Source: Candidatus Spechtbacterales bacterium
GTDB lineage: Bacteria > Patescibacteriota > Minisyncoccia > Spechtbacterales > 2-12-FULL-38-22
Direction of reading: 5' to 3'
NCBI GenBank assembly: GCA_040879145.1
Contig: JBBDKX010000038.1
Location: forward strand, 1 to 60,245
DNA length: 60,245 nucleotides
Shown here: piece after piece, positions 39,762 through 48,168 of the stretch
How positions within the stretch are numbered: position 1 is the first letter of the stretch
Layout of the letters: each line of letters begins with the position of its first letter
Translations under genes and position numbers: made by a program
Notes under the pieces: model-generated
Databases searched by the model: none
What the model was told of the DNA's origin: nothing
The model's input: only the letters and a program-made list of their open reading frames with translations

Positions 39762-42299
39762 TTACTCTATTTTAAATATAAAACTACTTTTACCTGTATT
39801 GGTAAGAGTGTCAAAAACTTCCACTAAAATTTGGTGGGAGTTATTTTTTTGAAGGTCCTGTAAGGATATGTTTTTTGTTATCTTTACCGAATATATTCCT
39901 GTATTGGAATACGTATTTCTTAATATCTCTTCTCCGTTTAAGTACACAAAAGATTTTTCAAGAGGATTATTAGAGTTTATCTGTATATCAAGAAACATCG
40001 TTTCTTCTTCAGAAAAAGAACGTTTGGATGGGCTTAAGTATGAAACAATAAAAGGCCCTACAATTTCTGTTGGTATTTCTTCGTCTGTAAAATCTCTCTC
40101 ATCTGTTTCGGTGTCTGAATCTAAATTATTTAATATTGCCCAATTTCTTACAGCGTCCTCCCAGTTTTTATATTGGGGGTTTGAGTTTGGATTGTTTGGA
40201 TTATCACCTAAAGGATTATTCAAAGATATATAGTGCAATATGTTGTGGTATCCTGTCATAACACCATCCAATACCGGTTTGTTTGTTTTCTCTACCATTG
40301 GACGTATAAAAGACCTCTCGTTGTTTATAGAGGGGAGAGAAAAGTAAGAACCTCTTCCTTTAAATTCGGATGACTCCACAGATTTTTTTTGATAAACTTT
40401 GCGCATAAAACTATTCCATATAGGAGCTGCCGCTTGTGACCCGGGAGCTTGATACATTGTTGCGTTGTTGTTATTTCCAACCCAAACACCGGCAGCAATG
40501 CTTGGGGTATATCCAACAGTCCAAGCATCTCTGTAGTCCTGTGTTGTGCCGGTTTTCACTGCAACACTTAAGCCCGGAATAACTAAACTGTTTTGTTCGC
40601 CAAAAACCCTGGAACGATAATCATTTATGCTTAGAATATGATTGATTTGGTCTGCGATATTTTTTTCTAAAACCTGCTGACTGTTTTTAGTATGCTCTTC
40701 TAATATTTTCCCGTTTTTGTCCTGGACACGCAAAATCATTGTTGCGGGGTTGCGTTCTCCGCGTGCGGCAAAAACACCAAAAGCAGATGTTTCCTCAAGA
40801 AGGGTAACATCACCTCCTCCCAGTACCAAAGAAAGACCGTAACGAGAGCTTTCTTGAAGACTCTCTATTCCCATTTCATTAGCTAACTTTATGGTGTCAT
40901 TTATACCAGCTAAATATAATACTTTTACAGCGGGGACATTTCTTGATTGTGCCAAAGCCTCCTTGAGAGTGATTTTCCCGAAGTATTGAAGGTCATAATT
41001 TCTTGGATGGTAACAATTTAAACCGGAATCTTCTTTTTCCTGATTTGCAGAAGAAGAACAGTTTGGATTAAATTCCGTAAGAACATCAAAAACTAAAGTG
41101 TCCGGAGTATAGCCCTTCTTAAAAGCCTGAGCATAAGCAAAAGGCTTAAAAGATGACCCGGGTTGTTGAGGAGATGTAGATATATTAACCTGCGGATCAA
41201 ATAAACACGCTCGTCCTGATGTGCATCCTTCGGGCTCTGATTTACCAAAATAATCCCTAGAACCCACCATCGCCAAGATATGTCCTGTATAAGGATCTAT
41301 TGCCACCAGAGATGCGTTATGAGCATTGAAGTTTCTAATATTATAATTTGCACGCTCATCAACAGCTTCTTCAGCGGCTTCTTGAACAGTTTTGTCTAAG
41401 GTTGTAACAACCCTAAGACCGGCTTGCTGCACGTAAGACGGTCCGTACTTGTTTTCAAGATATTGTTTTACCTCAATAACAAAATGAGGAGCTTGTATGA
41501 AGCTTGCGATAGGTTGGAACTCTATCTCCTCGTTTATAGCTTCTGTGTGCTCCTCTTCCGTTATGTACCCCAAAGAAAGCATTTTGTTTAAAATATTTTT
41601 TTGACGCACCAACAGGTCTTCTCTGTTAGCGTTGTAGTAAGAGGGAGCGTTGGGTAGGGCGGCAAGTATTGCTGATTCGGCAATAGTTATGTCTTTCGCG
41701 CTTTTGTCAAAATATGTCTGGGCTGCAGCCTCTGTGCCATATGCGCTGTTGCCGTAAGGTACCTGGTTTAAATAGAGCATTAATATTTCATCTTTTGAGT
41801 ATTTTAGTTCTAACTCTATAGCCAATATTGCCTCCTTTATTTTTCTTGGAAAAGTTCTTTCGGAAGTTAAAAACGCATTTTTTATAAATTGTTGTGTAAG
41901 AGTGCTTCCGCCCTGGCTTATGCCACCACCTTTTAGGTTTGTTACAACAGCTCTTGCTATTCCACGTATGTCCAAGCCCATATGATGATAGAACTGATCA
42001 TCCTCGGCTACAATCGTTGCCCAACGCACATAATCTGCCATGTCTTCGTAGGAAACAACAGTTCTTTTTTGTTCACCGTGGATATCATACAAGACAACAG
42101 TTTCTGTTCTGTCCAGTATTTTTGTGGACTCAGGTACAAAAAGATCACTCAAAGCCTCGGGAGAGGGTAGGTCTTTAGAGTAGTAAATAAAGAGAAACGC
42201 GACAAAAACACACCCCAAAAAAAGAGCTAATCCAAACCATTCTAATATTTTCATTTTATTTCTCCAAAAAAAATCAAAGAAACTTGATATGTGGCGCAT
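39762..42299 (-). CDS. Class A penicillin-binding protein (GT51 transglycosylase plus transpeptidase) with ~150-aa C-terminal extension
   Basis: The GT51 motifs are EDDQFYHHMGLD, GGSTLTQQ and RKIKEA. The transpeptidase motifs are GSSFKPF, SRN and KTGTT. An alternative ATG lies at 42254. Confidence 0.9.
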   Translation of the reverse strand: MRHISSFFDFFWRNKMKILEWFGLALFLGCVFVAFLFIYYSKDLPSPEALSDLFVPESTKILDRTETVVLYDIHGEQKRTVVSYEDMADYVRWATIVAEDDQFYHHMGLDIRGIARAVVTNLKGGGISQGGSTLTQQFIKNAFLTSERTFPRKIKEAILAIELELKYSKDEILMLYLNQVPYGNSAYGTEAAAQTYFDKSAKDITIAESAILAALPNAPSYYNANREDLLVRQKNILNKMLSLGYITEEEHTEAINEEIEFQPIASFIQAPHFVIEVKQYLENKYGPSYVQQAGLRVVTTLDKTVQEAAEEAVDERANYNIRNFNAHNASLVAIDPYTGHILAMVGSRDYFGKSEPEGCTSGRACLFDPQVNISTSPQQPGSSFKPFAYAQAFKKGYTPDTLVFDVLTEFNPNCSSSANQEKEDSGLNCYHPRNYDLQYFGKITLKEALAQSRNVPAVKVLYLAGINDTIKLANEMGIESLQESSRYGLSLVLGGGDVTLLEETSAFGVFAARGERNPATMILRVQDKNGKILEEHTKNSQQVLEKNIADQINHILSINDYRSRVFGEQNSLVIPGLSVAVKTGTTQDYRDAWTVGYTPSIAAGVWVGNNNNATMYQAPGSQAAAPIWNSFMRKVYQKKSVESSEFKGRGSYFSLPSINNERSFIRPMVEKTNKPVLDGVMTGYHNILHYISLNNPLGDNPNNPNSNPQYKNWEDAVRNWAILNNLDSDTETDERDFTDEEIPTEIVGPFIVSYLSPSKRSFSEEETMFLDIQINSNNPLEKSFVYLNGEEILRNTYSNTGIYSVKITKNISLQDLQKNNSHQILVEVFDTLTNTGKSSFIFKIE

Positions 42300-42356
42300 A
42301 AATACTTAATATGCTATTCTCTTAATAAATGATACCATAGATTTATATAGAAACTT

Positions 42357-43547
42357 ATGGCAAATGTCAAATTCACAAAAAGAGACCTGTTGACCAGAGG
42401 TGTTGCAGAAATAATAGAAGAAGAAAGCTTTAACAAGCGCTTAAAATCCGGAAAAAAACTCCGCATTAAGTTTGGCATTGACCCAACTGGACCCAATATT
42501 CATCTAGGACACACAGTGCCCCTCTGGAAGCTTAGACAGTTTCAAGATTTAGGACATAAAATTGTTTTGGTAATAGGTGATTTTACAGCAACCATAGGTG
42601 ACCCAAGCGGACGCAGTGAAGAAAGAAAAGTTTTATCGGTTAAAGAGGTTAAAGAGAATAAAAAAAGATACGTGGAACAGGTGGGTAAAATATTAGACAT
42701 AAAAAAAATAGAAATTCTACACAACAGCGAGTGGCACAAAAAAGAGGGGTTGGAGGCTATGCTTCAGCTTGCAAGAACCGCAACTGTTCAACAGCTTACT
42801 GAGCGTGCTGATTTTACTGAGAGAATTGCAAAAAAGAGCGGTATTAGCGCTATTGAGCTCTTGTACCCATTACTGCAAGCTTATGACTCTGTTAGGGTGC
42901 GCGCAGATGTAGAAGTTGGCGGCATAGACCAAAAATTTAATTTATTAATGGGTAGGCAGGTACAGAAAAGATATGGGCAAAAAGAACAAGATATTTTTAT
43001 GTTGCTGCTACTTAAGGGCACAGATGGTGTTAAAAAGATGAGTAAGTCCATGGATAACTACATAGCTCTTTTAGACGAACCGGGTGAGATGTTTGGAAAA
43101 ACCATGACAATAACAGACGGTGAGATAGTAGAATACTTTGAGTGTGTTACACCCCTACCACTTGATGAGCTTGAAAAGATAAAAAAAGAAAAAATCACGG
43201 GCAAAAGGGCCCGCGATTTAAAACTTCAGCTTGCAGAGCTTGTAGTCTCTGTTTATTGGGGTAAAAATGAGGCCAAAAAAGCAAGAGATAATTTTCTAAA
43301 AGTTTTTAGAGAACAAAAAAACCCCAAAGATATTTCTGAGATAGAGGCAGGTAAAAATAGCAGTGTTGTAGATGTTCTTGTTAAAGCGGGTTTTGCATCA
43401 TCAAAAACAGAAGCTCGTCGCCTTGTTGACCAGGGCGGAGTTTATCTGGACGATATAAAAATAGGGGATTATGCAAAAAAAATTCCTTTAAAAAGATCTA
43501 TTTTAAGGGTTGGGAGAAGAAAAATAATAAAAGTCGTTGTTAAGTAA
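42357..43547 (+). CDS. tyrS: Tyrosyl-tRNA synthetase
   Basis: It has a HIGH-type motif (PNIHLGH), KMSKS, and a C-terminal S4-like domain (SKTEARRLVDQGGVYLDD). Confidence 0.9.
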   Translation: MANVKFTKRDLLTRGVAEIIEEESFNKRLKSGKKLRIKFGIDPTGPNIHLGHTVPLWKLRQFQDLGHKIVLVIGDFTATIGDPSGRSEERKVLSVKEVKENKKRYVEQVGKILDIKKIEILHNSEWHKKEGLEAMLQLARTATVQQLTERADFTERIAKKSGISAIELLYPLLQAYDSVRVRADVEVGGIDQKFNLLMGRQVQKRYGQKEQDIFMLLLLKGTDGVKKMSKSMDNYIALLDEPGEMFGKTMTITDGEIVEYFECVTPLPLDELEKIKKEKITGKRARDLKLQLAELVVSVYWGKNEAKKARDNFLKVFREQKNPKDISEIEAGKNSSVVDVLVKAGFASSKTEARRLVDQGGVYLDDIKIGDYAKKIPLKRSILRVGRRKIIKVVVK

Positions 43548-43567
43548 AAAATAGGGTGAAGATTATC

Positions 43568-44983
43568 CTATTTTTTACGGTTGCGCCCTTTTTGTTTTGT
43601 AAGACCCGGTCCCTTGACCCTTTTTTCGGGATTAATTATATATTCATAAACCACCCCGTCACCACTTTCTCCAAAGTGGTCTTTTAATATGGTGTCCGTT
43701 TTTTTGAATCCGGCACGTTTAAATGTTGTTTGTCTTTTTTTGTTAGACAAAGGAATCACAGCGTTTATTTTTAAATCCCGCTCTGTTTTTGATATTTTAA
43801 TTAGAGCTCTAAGCATTCTCCTGCCCATGCGTTGCCCTCGATACTTGGGAAGTATTCCATACCTTGTTATACGCCTCACATCATCTTTTTTATAGTGTGT
43901 AAGATAGGCAATAGGTTTTCTTTCTTTGTTAATTACAACCAACTCTCTTTCAAGCACTGTTTTTAAGAATTTTTTAGGTGTTAACAGCGGTTTTTCAAGA
44001 TTTTCTTTTTCAATTTTATAAAGGTTTTCAAAAATACTTTTTTTATCTTCTTTGGCAAATTCAGACTCCACGCTCCAAAGATATTTCTTTTCTATGTACA
44101 TTACCAGTTCCCGCGCCACGTTTATGCCCGTTGCTTGTTCAAAACCCTCAAATCCTGGGAAAATATTTACCTCAAGAACATAGTATATTCCTTTGTGTTT
44201 TATAATATCTACGCCCGCGAATTCAGCGTTAAAAACCTTTGTCGCTTTTACAGCAACCTCCTGCATTTCTTTAGACATACTGCTTTTTTCAGCCTTTCCG
44301 CCGATAGATATATTTGTTCTGAAGTCGCTTCCGGGTGCCACTCGCTTCATAGCGCCGATTGCTTTGTTGCCTAAAACCAAAACCCTGTAGTCCTGGGTTA
44401 TAGGCACATATTTTTGCACCAAAAGCTGTCCAAGCCCGAATTTTTCCAGTAGTTTTCTTGCAGCTTTGCGCTGCGTTATTAAAAAGACCTGTTTTCCCCC
44501 AAGACCCTCTATGCTTTTTATTATGTAGGGTTTTTTAAATTTGTCATATACGGATTTAGGTGTTTGTTTTCCTGTATACAAAAGAGACGGCACAACGGGG
44601 ACATCGTGGGTGCTTAAAAGAAAATGCTGGAATAATTTATCATAAAAAGCCAGTTTTTTTGTTGTATGTTCATTAAGCGCGTGTTTGTGGAAGTGGTTTA
44701 TATACTTTACAACTAAAAAATAGTGCCTGTACAAATGGCTTAACCTCACTTCACTTTCCTTCGCCGCTTTGGTTATGGGTGATTTCGGTATTATATAATC
44801 ATAGTATTTCAAGTCTGTGCCGTTAACACGCTGTATTGATACCCCCTTTTTTCCAAAAGAAAAAACAAGCCCCCTCCAAGACATGTATGTAACAGTATGC
44901 CCGCGCTTTTTAAGTTCGCTAACGAGCCTCTTTACTGTGTAGGACCTCTTCTTTTGGTTGAACCCCAGTAAAAGTATTTTCAT
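43568..44983 (-). CDS. RimK-type ATP-grasp ligase fused to a C-terminal GNAT acetyltransferase domain
   Basis: The N-terminus MKILLLGF...LKKRGHTV and the ATP-grasp core (IIKSIEGLGGKQVFLI, YRVLVLG, YVLEVNIFPGFEG) fit RimK-type ligases. The C-terminal GILPKYRGQRMGRRMLRALI is GNAT motif A. Confidence 0.65.
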   Translation of the reverse strand: MKILLLGFNQKKRSYTVKRLVSELKKRGHTVTYMSWRGLVFSFGKKGVSIQRVNGTDLKYYDYIIPKSPITKAAKESEVRLSHLYRHYFLVVKYINHFHKHALNEHTTKKLAFYDKLFQHFLLSTHDVPVVPSLLYTGKQTPKSVYDKFKKPYIIKSIEGLGGKQVFLITQRKAARKLLEKFGLGQLLVQKYVPITQDYRVLVLGNKAIGAMKRVAPGSDFRTNISIGGKAEKSSMSKEMQEVAVKATKVFNAEFAGVDIIKHKGIYYVLEVNIFPGFEGFEQATGINVARELVMYIEKKYLWSVESEFAKEDKKSIFENLYKIEKENLEKPLLTPKKFLKTVLERELVVINKERKPIAYLTHYKKDDVRRITRYGILPKYRGQRMGRRMLRALIKISKTERDLKINAVIPLSNKKRQTTFKRAGFKKTDTILKDHFGESGDGVVYEYIINPEKRVKGPGLTKQKGRNRKK

Positions 44984-45581
44984 ATTCTGTTATAAAAGAG
45001 TACAACACATGTATAAGTTTATCAAATTTTTGTTCACTTTCTTTTATTGTTTTGTTAATTTCAAGCTGTATTGCTGGTATCCCGAAATATTTGCGCACAT
45101 AGTAGGTTAGGGTTTTTTTACCAGACCCTTTAATTTTTCTATAAAAACCGTTACTCAGCTCTTCAGCAGGGAAGTGTGAAGCAAAAGTGTTACAAAGCAA
45201 CTTTTCTACATACTGGTCGTGGGGGTGTTTGTTTGGAATCATAAAATCATAATCAATATAAAAAGGTCTTGTTTTTTTCGCTCCATGTATGTCTATAACT
45301 AAATTAATACCCTCATTTTGTATGAGGTTTTTTACTGTTTTTTTGTATTTTCCGTAAATGCTTTCTTGCCAGCCATCTAAAGGGCCTTCTTCTGAGGCAG
45401 TGAATATTCCCCATGCGCCATTTTTTTCACAGAGCGTTTTAACGAGCTCATCAGCCCGTTTTTCAGCCATTCGCACATACGATCTCTCTTGTACTGTTTT
45501 CCTGATTGGTGCAGCATGGGGTGCCGAAAGCAAGACCGGTCCGCTTCCTTTTATTAGTTTAATATTTTCGTGCTTTATCAT
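44919..45581 (-). CDS. N-formylglutamate amidohydrolase (FGase)-family hydrolase
   Basis: LLSAPHAAP, LVIDIHGAKK and PAIQLEINK resemble the three metal/active-site segments of the FGase family. The 3' end overlaps the ATP-grasp gene by 65 nt. Confidence 0.5.
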   Translation of the reverse strand: MIKHENIKLIKGSGPVLLSAPHAAPIRKTVQERSYVRMAEKRADELVKTLCEKNGAWGIFTASEEGPLDGWQESIYGKYKKTVKNLIQNEGINLVIDIHGAKKTRPFYIDYDFMIPNKHPHDQYVEKLLCNTFASHFPAEELSNGFYRKIKGSGKKTLTYYVRKYFGIPAIQLEINKTIKESEQKFDKLIHVLYSFITEYENTFTGVQPKEEVLHSKEAR

Positions 45582-45600
45582 GGACAGGTTATGGTATAGC

Positions 45601-46110
45601 TTATTTTTCAGAAAATTGCAACATCTTTAAAGAGTGGGCGCAACTTATAGCTACAGCCAGGGCATCTGCGGCATCATCGGGCTTTGGGGTATCCTCTAAA
45701 TGTAAAATCGCTTTAACCATTTCCTGGACCTGGTGTTTTTCGGCTTGCCCGTAGCCCACAACAGCCTGTTTTACCTGTAGGGGTGTAAAAGAGTAACATT
45801 TTTTCCCGTTGTTTGTTGCGGCAAGAAGGGCTATACCCCTCGCCTGGCTTACCTGCACCAATGTTTTTTGGTTTTTAAAATAAAAAATATCTTCTATCGC
45901 TACAACATCCGGATTGTGCTTGTGTATAAGATTGTTTAACCCCTTGTAAAGATCCTTTAACCTAAGAGCTTCTTCTGTTTTTGTTTCTGTTTCTAAAACA
46001 CCGTACTCTACACATGAAATATCAGGATTTTTATAATTTATGACCCCATAACCCATTCTTGCTGTTCCAGGATCTATTCCCAAGACAACTTTTTCTTCAG
46101 TGTTGTGCAT
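45601..46110 (-). CDS. ruvC: Crossover junction endodeoxyribonuclease RuvC
   Basis: It has VLGIDPGTARMGYGVI, VAIEDIFYFKN and PDDAADALAVAI. Confidence 0.9.
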   Translation of the reverse strand: MHNTEEKVVLGIDPGTARMGYGVINYKNPDISCVEYGVLETETKTEEALRLKDLYKGLNNLIHKHNPDVVAIEDIFYFKNQKTLVQVSQARGIALLAATNNGKKCYSFTPLQVKQAVVGYGQAEKHQVQEMVKAILHLEDTPKPDDAADALAVAISCAHSLKMLQFSEK

Positions 46111-46112
46111 GT

Positions 46113-46835
46113 TTATTCTGTGTTTGTATAAATATCCTGAACATCATCTTGTTCATCCAGCGCTTCAAAAAGCTTTTCTAATTGGGAGTTTTCTTTTTCA
46201 CTAATCTCTACAGTGTTTTTCGGTATCCACTCTAAACTTGCCTCCAACTCATCATAACCCTGTTTTTGCATATATTCCAACATTTTTTGTGTATTGTCAA
46301 CGTTTGTATAGATATAAAAACTACCACCCATATTTTTGATATCTTCTGCCCCCTCTTCTATGGCTAAAAGTTCAAATTCCTCCTTGTTTTTTGTTAAGAC
46401 CTCTTGTATGCGCAACACACCATATCTTGCAAATTGCCACTGTACGCTACCTTCACCGGCCATTTTTCCGTGGTTTTGGTTTAATATGTGGCGTACCTCT
46501 GCTGTCGTGCGGTTGCGATTGTCGGTTATAGCTTCAATTAATATTGCTGAACCTCCGGGACCGAGACCCTCTATTAAAAGTTCTACAAGTTGAACACCTT
46601 CTTTTGACTCTCCTGTTCCGCGTTTTACGGCCTGCTCTATTTTGTCCTTGGGCAAATTGAAAGATTTTGCCCTATCAATTTCACTGCGAAGCGCATAGTT
46701 GGTTTCAGGGTCTCCGCCACCCTGGTTCGCGGCAATTGTTATTGCTTTTGCCAGCTTTGCAAAAACAGCCGACCTTTTTTTGTCGGTAGCAGCCTTTTTA
46801 TGTTTAATTGTTGACCATTTAGAGTGTCCGCTCAT
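46113..46835 (-). CDS. YebC/PmpR family DNA-binding regulator
   Basis: MSGHSKWSTIKHKKAATDKKR is the canonical N-terminus. The ATG at 46835 is preferred over the track start at 46901. Confidence 0.9.
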   Translation of the reverse strand: MSGHSKWSTIKHKKAATDKKRSAVFAKLAKAITIAANQGGGDPETNYALRSEIDRAKSFNLPKDKIEQAVKRGTGESKEGVQLVELLIEGLGPGGSAILIEAITDNRNRTTAEVRHILNQNHGKMAGEGSVQWQFARYGVLRIQEVLTKNKEEFELLAIEEGAEDIKNMGGSFYIYTNVDNTQKMLEYMQKQGYDELEASLEWIPKNTVEISEKENSQLEKLFEALDEQDDVQDIYTNTE

Positions 46836-46851
46836 GTTTTGGGTTGATTGC

Positions 46852-47898
46852 CTACAATAAAGGGTCTTGTAGGTTATCCATAGAAAATCCAAGGTGTTCA
46901 TAAGCTGACCTTGTTGCCATCCTTCCTCTCTGAGTTCTTTCTATAAATCCTATTTGCATAAGGTAGGGTTCATAGACCTCTTCTATGGTGTCAGTTTCTT
47001 CAAATGTTCCGGCGGCAAGAGTTTGAAGACCAACGGGACCGCCGTTAAATTTTGTAATCATCATTTCAAGCATTCTTCTGTCTGTTGGTTCAAGCCCTAA
47101 TTCGTCTATTTCAAGCATCTTTAAAGCGCTTTTTGCCGCGTCAAGAGATATGCCACCCTTATTTTTTACCTCCGCGTAATCTCTAATTCGTTTTAACAAT
47201 CTGTTTGCCACCCTCGGGGTACTTCTTGAGCATCTTGCAATATACAATAAAGCTTCAGAATCGGCTTGTATATTTAATATTTTTGCGGAACGCGTGAGTA
47301 TTTTTTCCAAGTCTTCGTGTTCATAGAAATCTAAACGACTGGTTATACCAAACCTGGAACGCAGAGGAGCTGACATAAGTCCCGCGCGCGTTGTAGCCGC
47401 TATTAGTGTGAATGGGGGAAGGTCTAACTGTATTGTGCGGGCTGAAGGGCCTTTTCCTAAAATTATATCCAGCGTTCTTTGTTCCATTGCCGGATATAAC
47501 ACTTCTTCAACCATTTTATTTAGACGATGTGCCTCATCTATAAACAAAACATCATGCGGTGCAAGATTGGTTAATATGGAAGCTAAATCGCCAACCTTTT
47601 CTATGGCCGGACCGGAGGTTACTCTCATATTAACACCCAACTCTTTGGCTATAAGATGTGAAAGGGTTGTTTTTCCAAGACCGGGAGGGCCGTATAATAA
47701 GGTATGATCTAATGTTTCCTTTCTTTGTTTTGCGGCCGCTATGAATATCTGCAACCTTTCTTTGGTCTTTTCCTGTCCTATGTACTCGTCCCATGCTGCG
47801 GGCCTCAGTGCCATGTCCAGATATTTGTCACCTTTTTGCTCTTCCGGCTGTGTTTTTGACGATTCGGACACCGTATTTTTAGAAAAATTACTTGACAT
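46852..47898 (-). CDS. ruvB: Holliday junction branch migration helicase RuvB
   Basis: It has [14 protein letters not shown], Walker [11 protein letters not shown], Walker [10 protein letters not shown] and [16 protein letters not shown]. Confidence 0.95.
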   Translation of the reverse strand: MSSNFSKNTVSESSKTQPEEQKGDKYLDMALRPAAWDEYIGQEKTKERLQIFIAAAKQRKETLDHTLLYGPPGLGKTTLSHLIAKELGVNMRVTSGPAIEKVGDLASILTNLAPHDVLFIDEAHRLNKMVEEVLYPAMEQRTLDIILGKGPSARTIQLDLPPFTLIAATTRAGLMSAPLRSRFGITSRLDFYEHEDLEKILTRSAKILNIQADSEALLYIARCSRSTPRVANRLLKRIRDYAEVKNKGGISLDAAKSALKMLEIDELGLEPTDRRMLEMMITKFNGGPVGLQTLAAGTFEETDTIEEVYEPYLMQIGFIERTQRGRMATRSAYEHLGFSMDNLQDPLL

Positions 47899-47920
47899 AT
47901 TTTAGATAATCTGATAATAT
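47892..47920 (+). promoter_or_regulatory. Consensus-like promoter TTGACA-17-TAATAT reading away from ruvB into the 47980-48154 element
   Basis: TTGACA is at 47892-47897, overlapping the ruvB start codon on the other strand. A 17-nt spacer and TAATAT at 47915-47920 follow. Confidence 0.4.
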
Positions 47921-47979
47921 AGTGTATCTGTAGTAGTTTACTAATAAAATAAAAAACCTACCTTTAGTAATTGTACCAG

Positions 47980-48154
47980 AAAACACCCTAAAAATGTAGG
48001 CATTCACTCGTCCCGATTGTTTGATCGGGATAAGGGATATTTCTCAGTTAATGGATGGCCCGGCTGCATGGCTGGTCCATTCCTCAGATGTATTCCATAT
48101 TATAGGTTCCCAAGCCAAGATTTGTGGTGAATGCCTACATTTTCAGGGTGTTTT
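47980..48154 (+). ncRNA. Candidate small RNA or MITE: 28-position closing stem around a 119-nt structured interior, followed by T-runs
   Basis: AAAACACCCTAAAAATGTAGGCATTCAC (47980-48007) pairs with GTGAATGCCTACATTTTCAGGGTGTTTT (48127-48154) with 1 mismatch. An inner hairpin TCCCGAT-TGTTTG-ATCGGGA lies at 48011-48030. TTTTTGTTTTTG follows the stem. Confidence 0.35.
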
Positions 48155-48168
48155 TGTTTTTGCGATTT

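Noticed and set aside
48049-48090. SRP RNA domain IV (GCAGCC-containing hairpin)
   Set aside because: Only a 6-nt resemblance exists. There is no GNAR tetraloop or the symmetric/asymmetric loop pattern.
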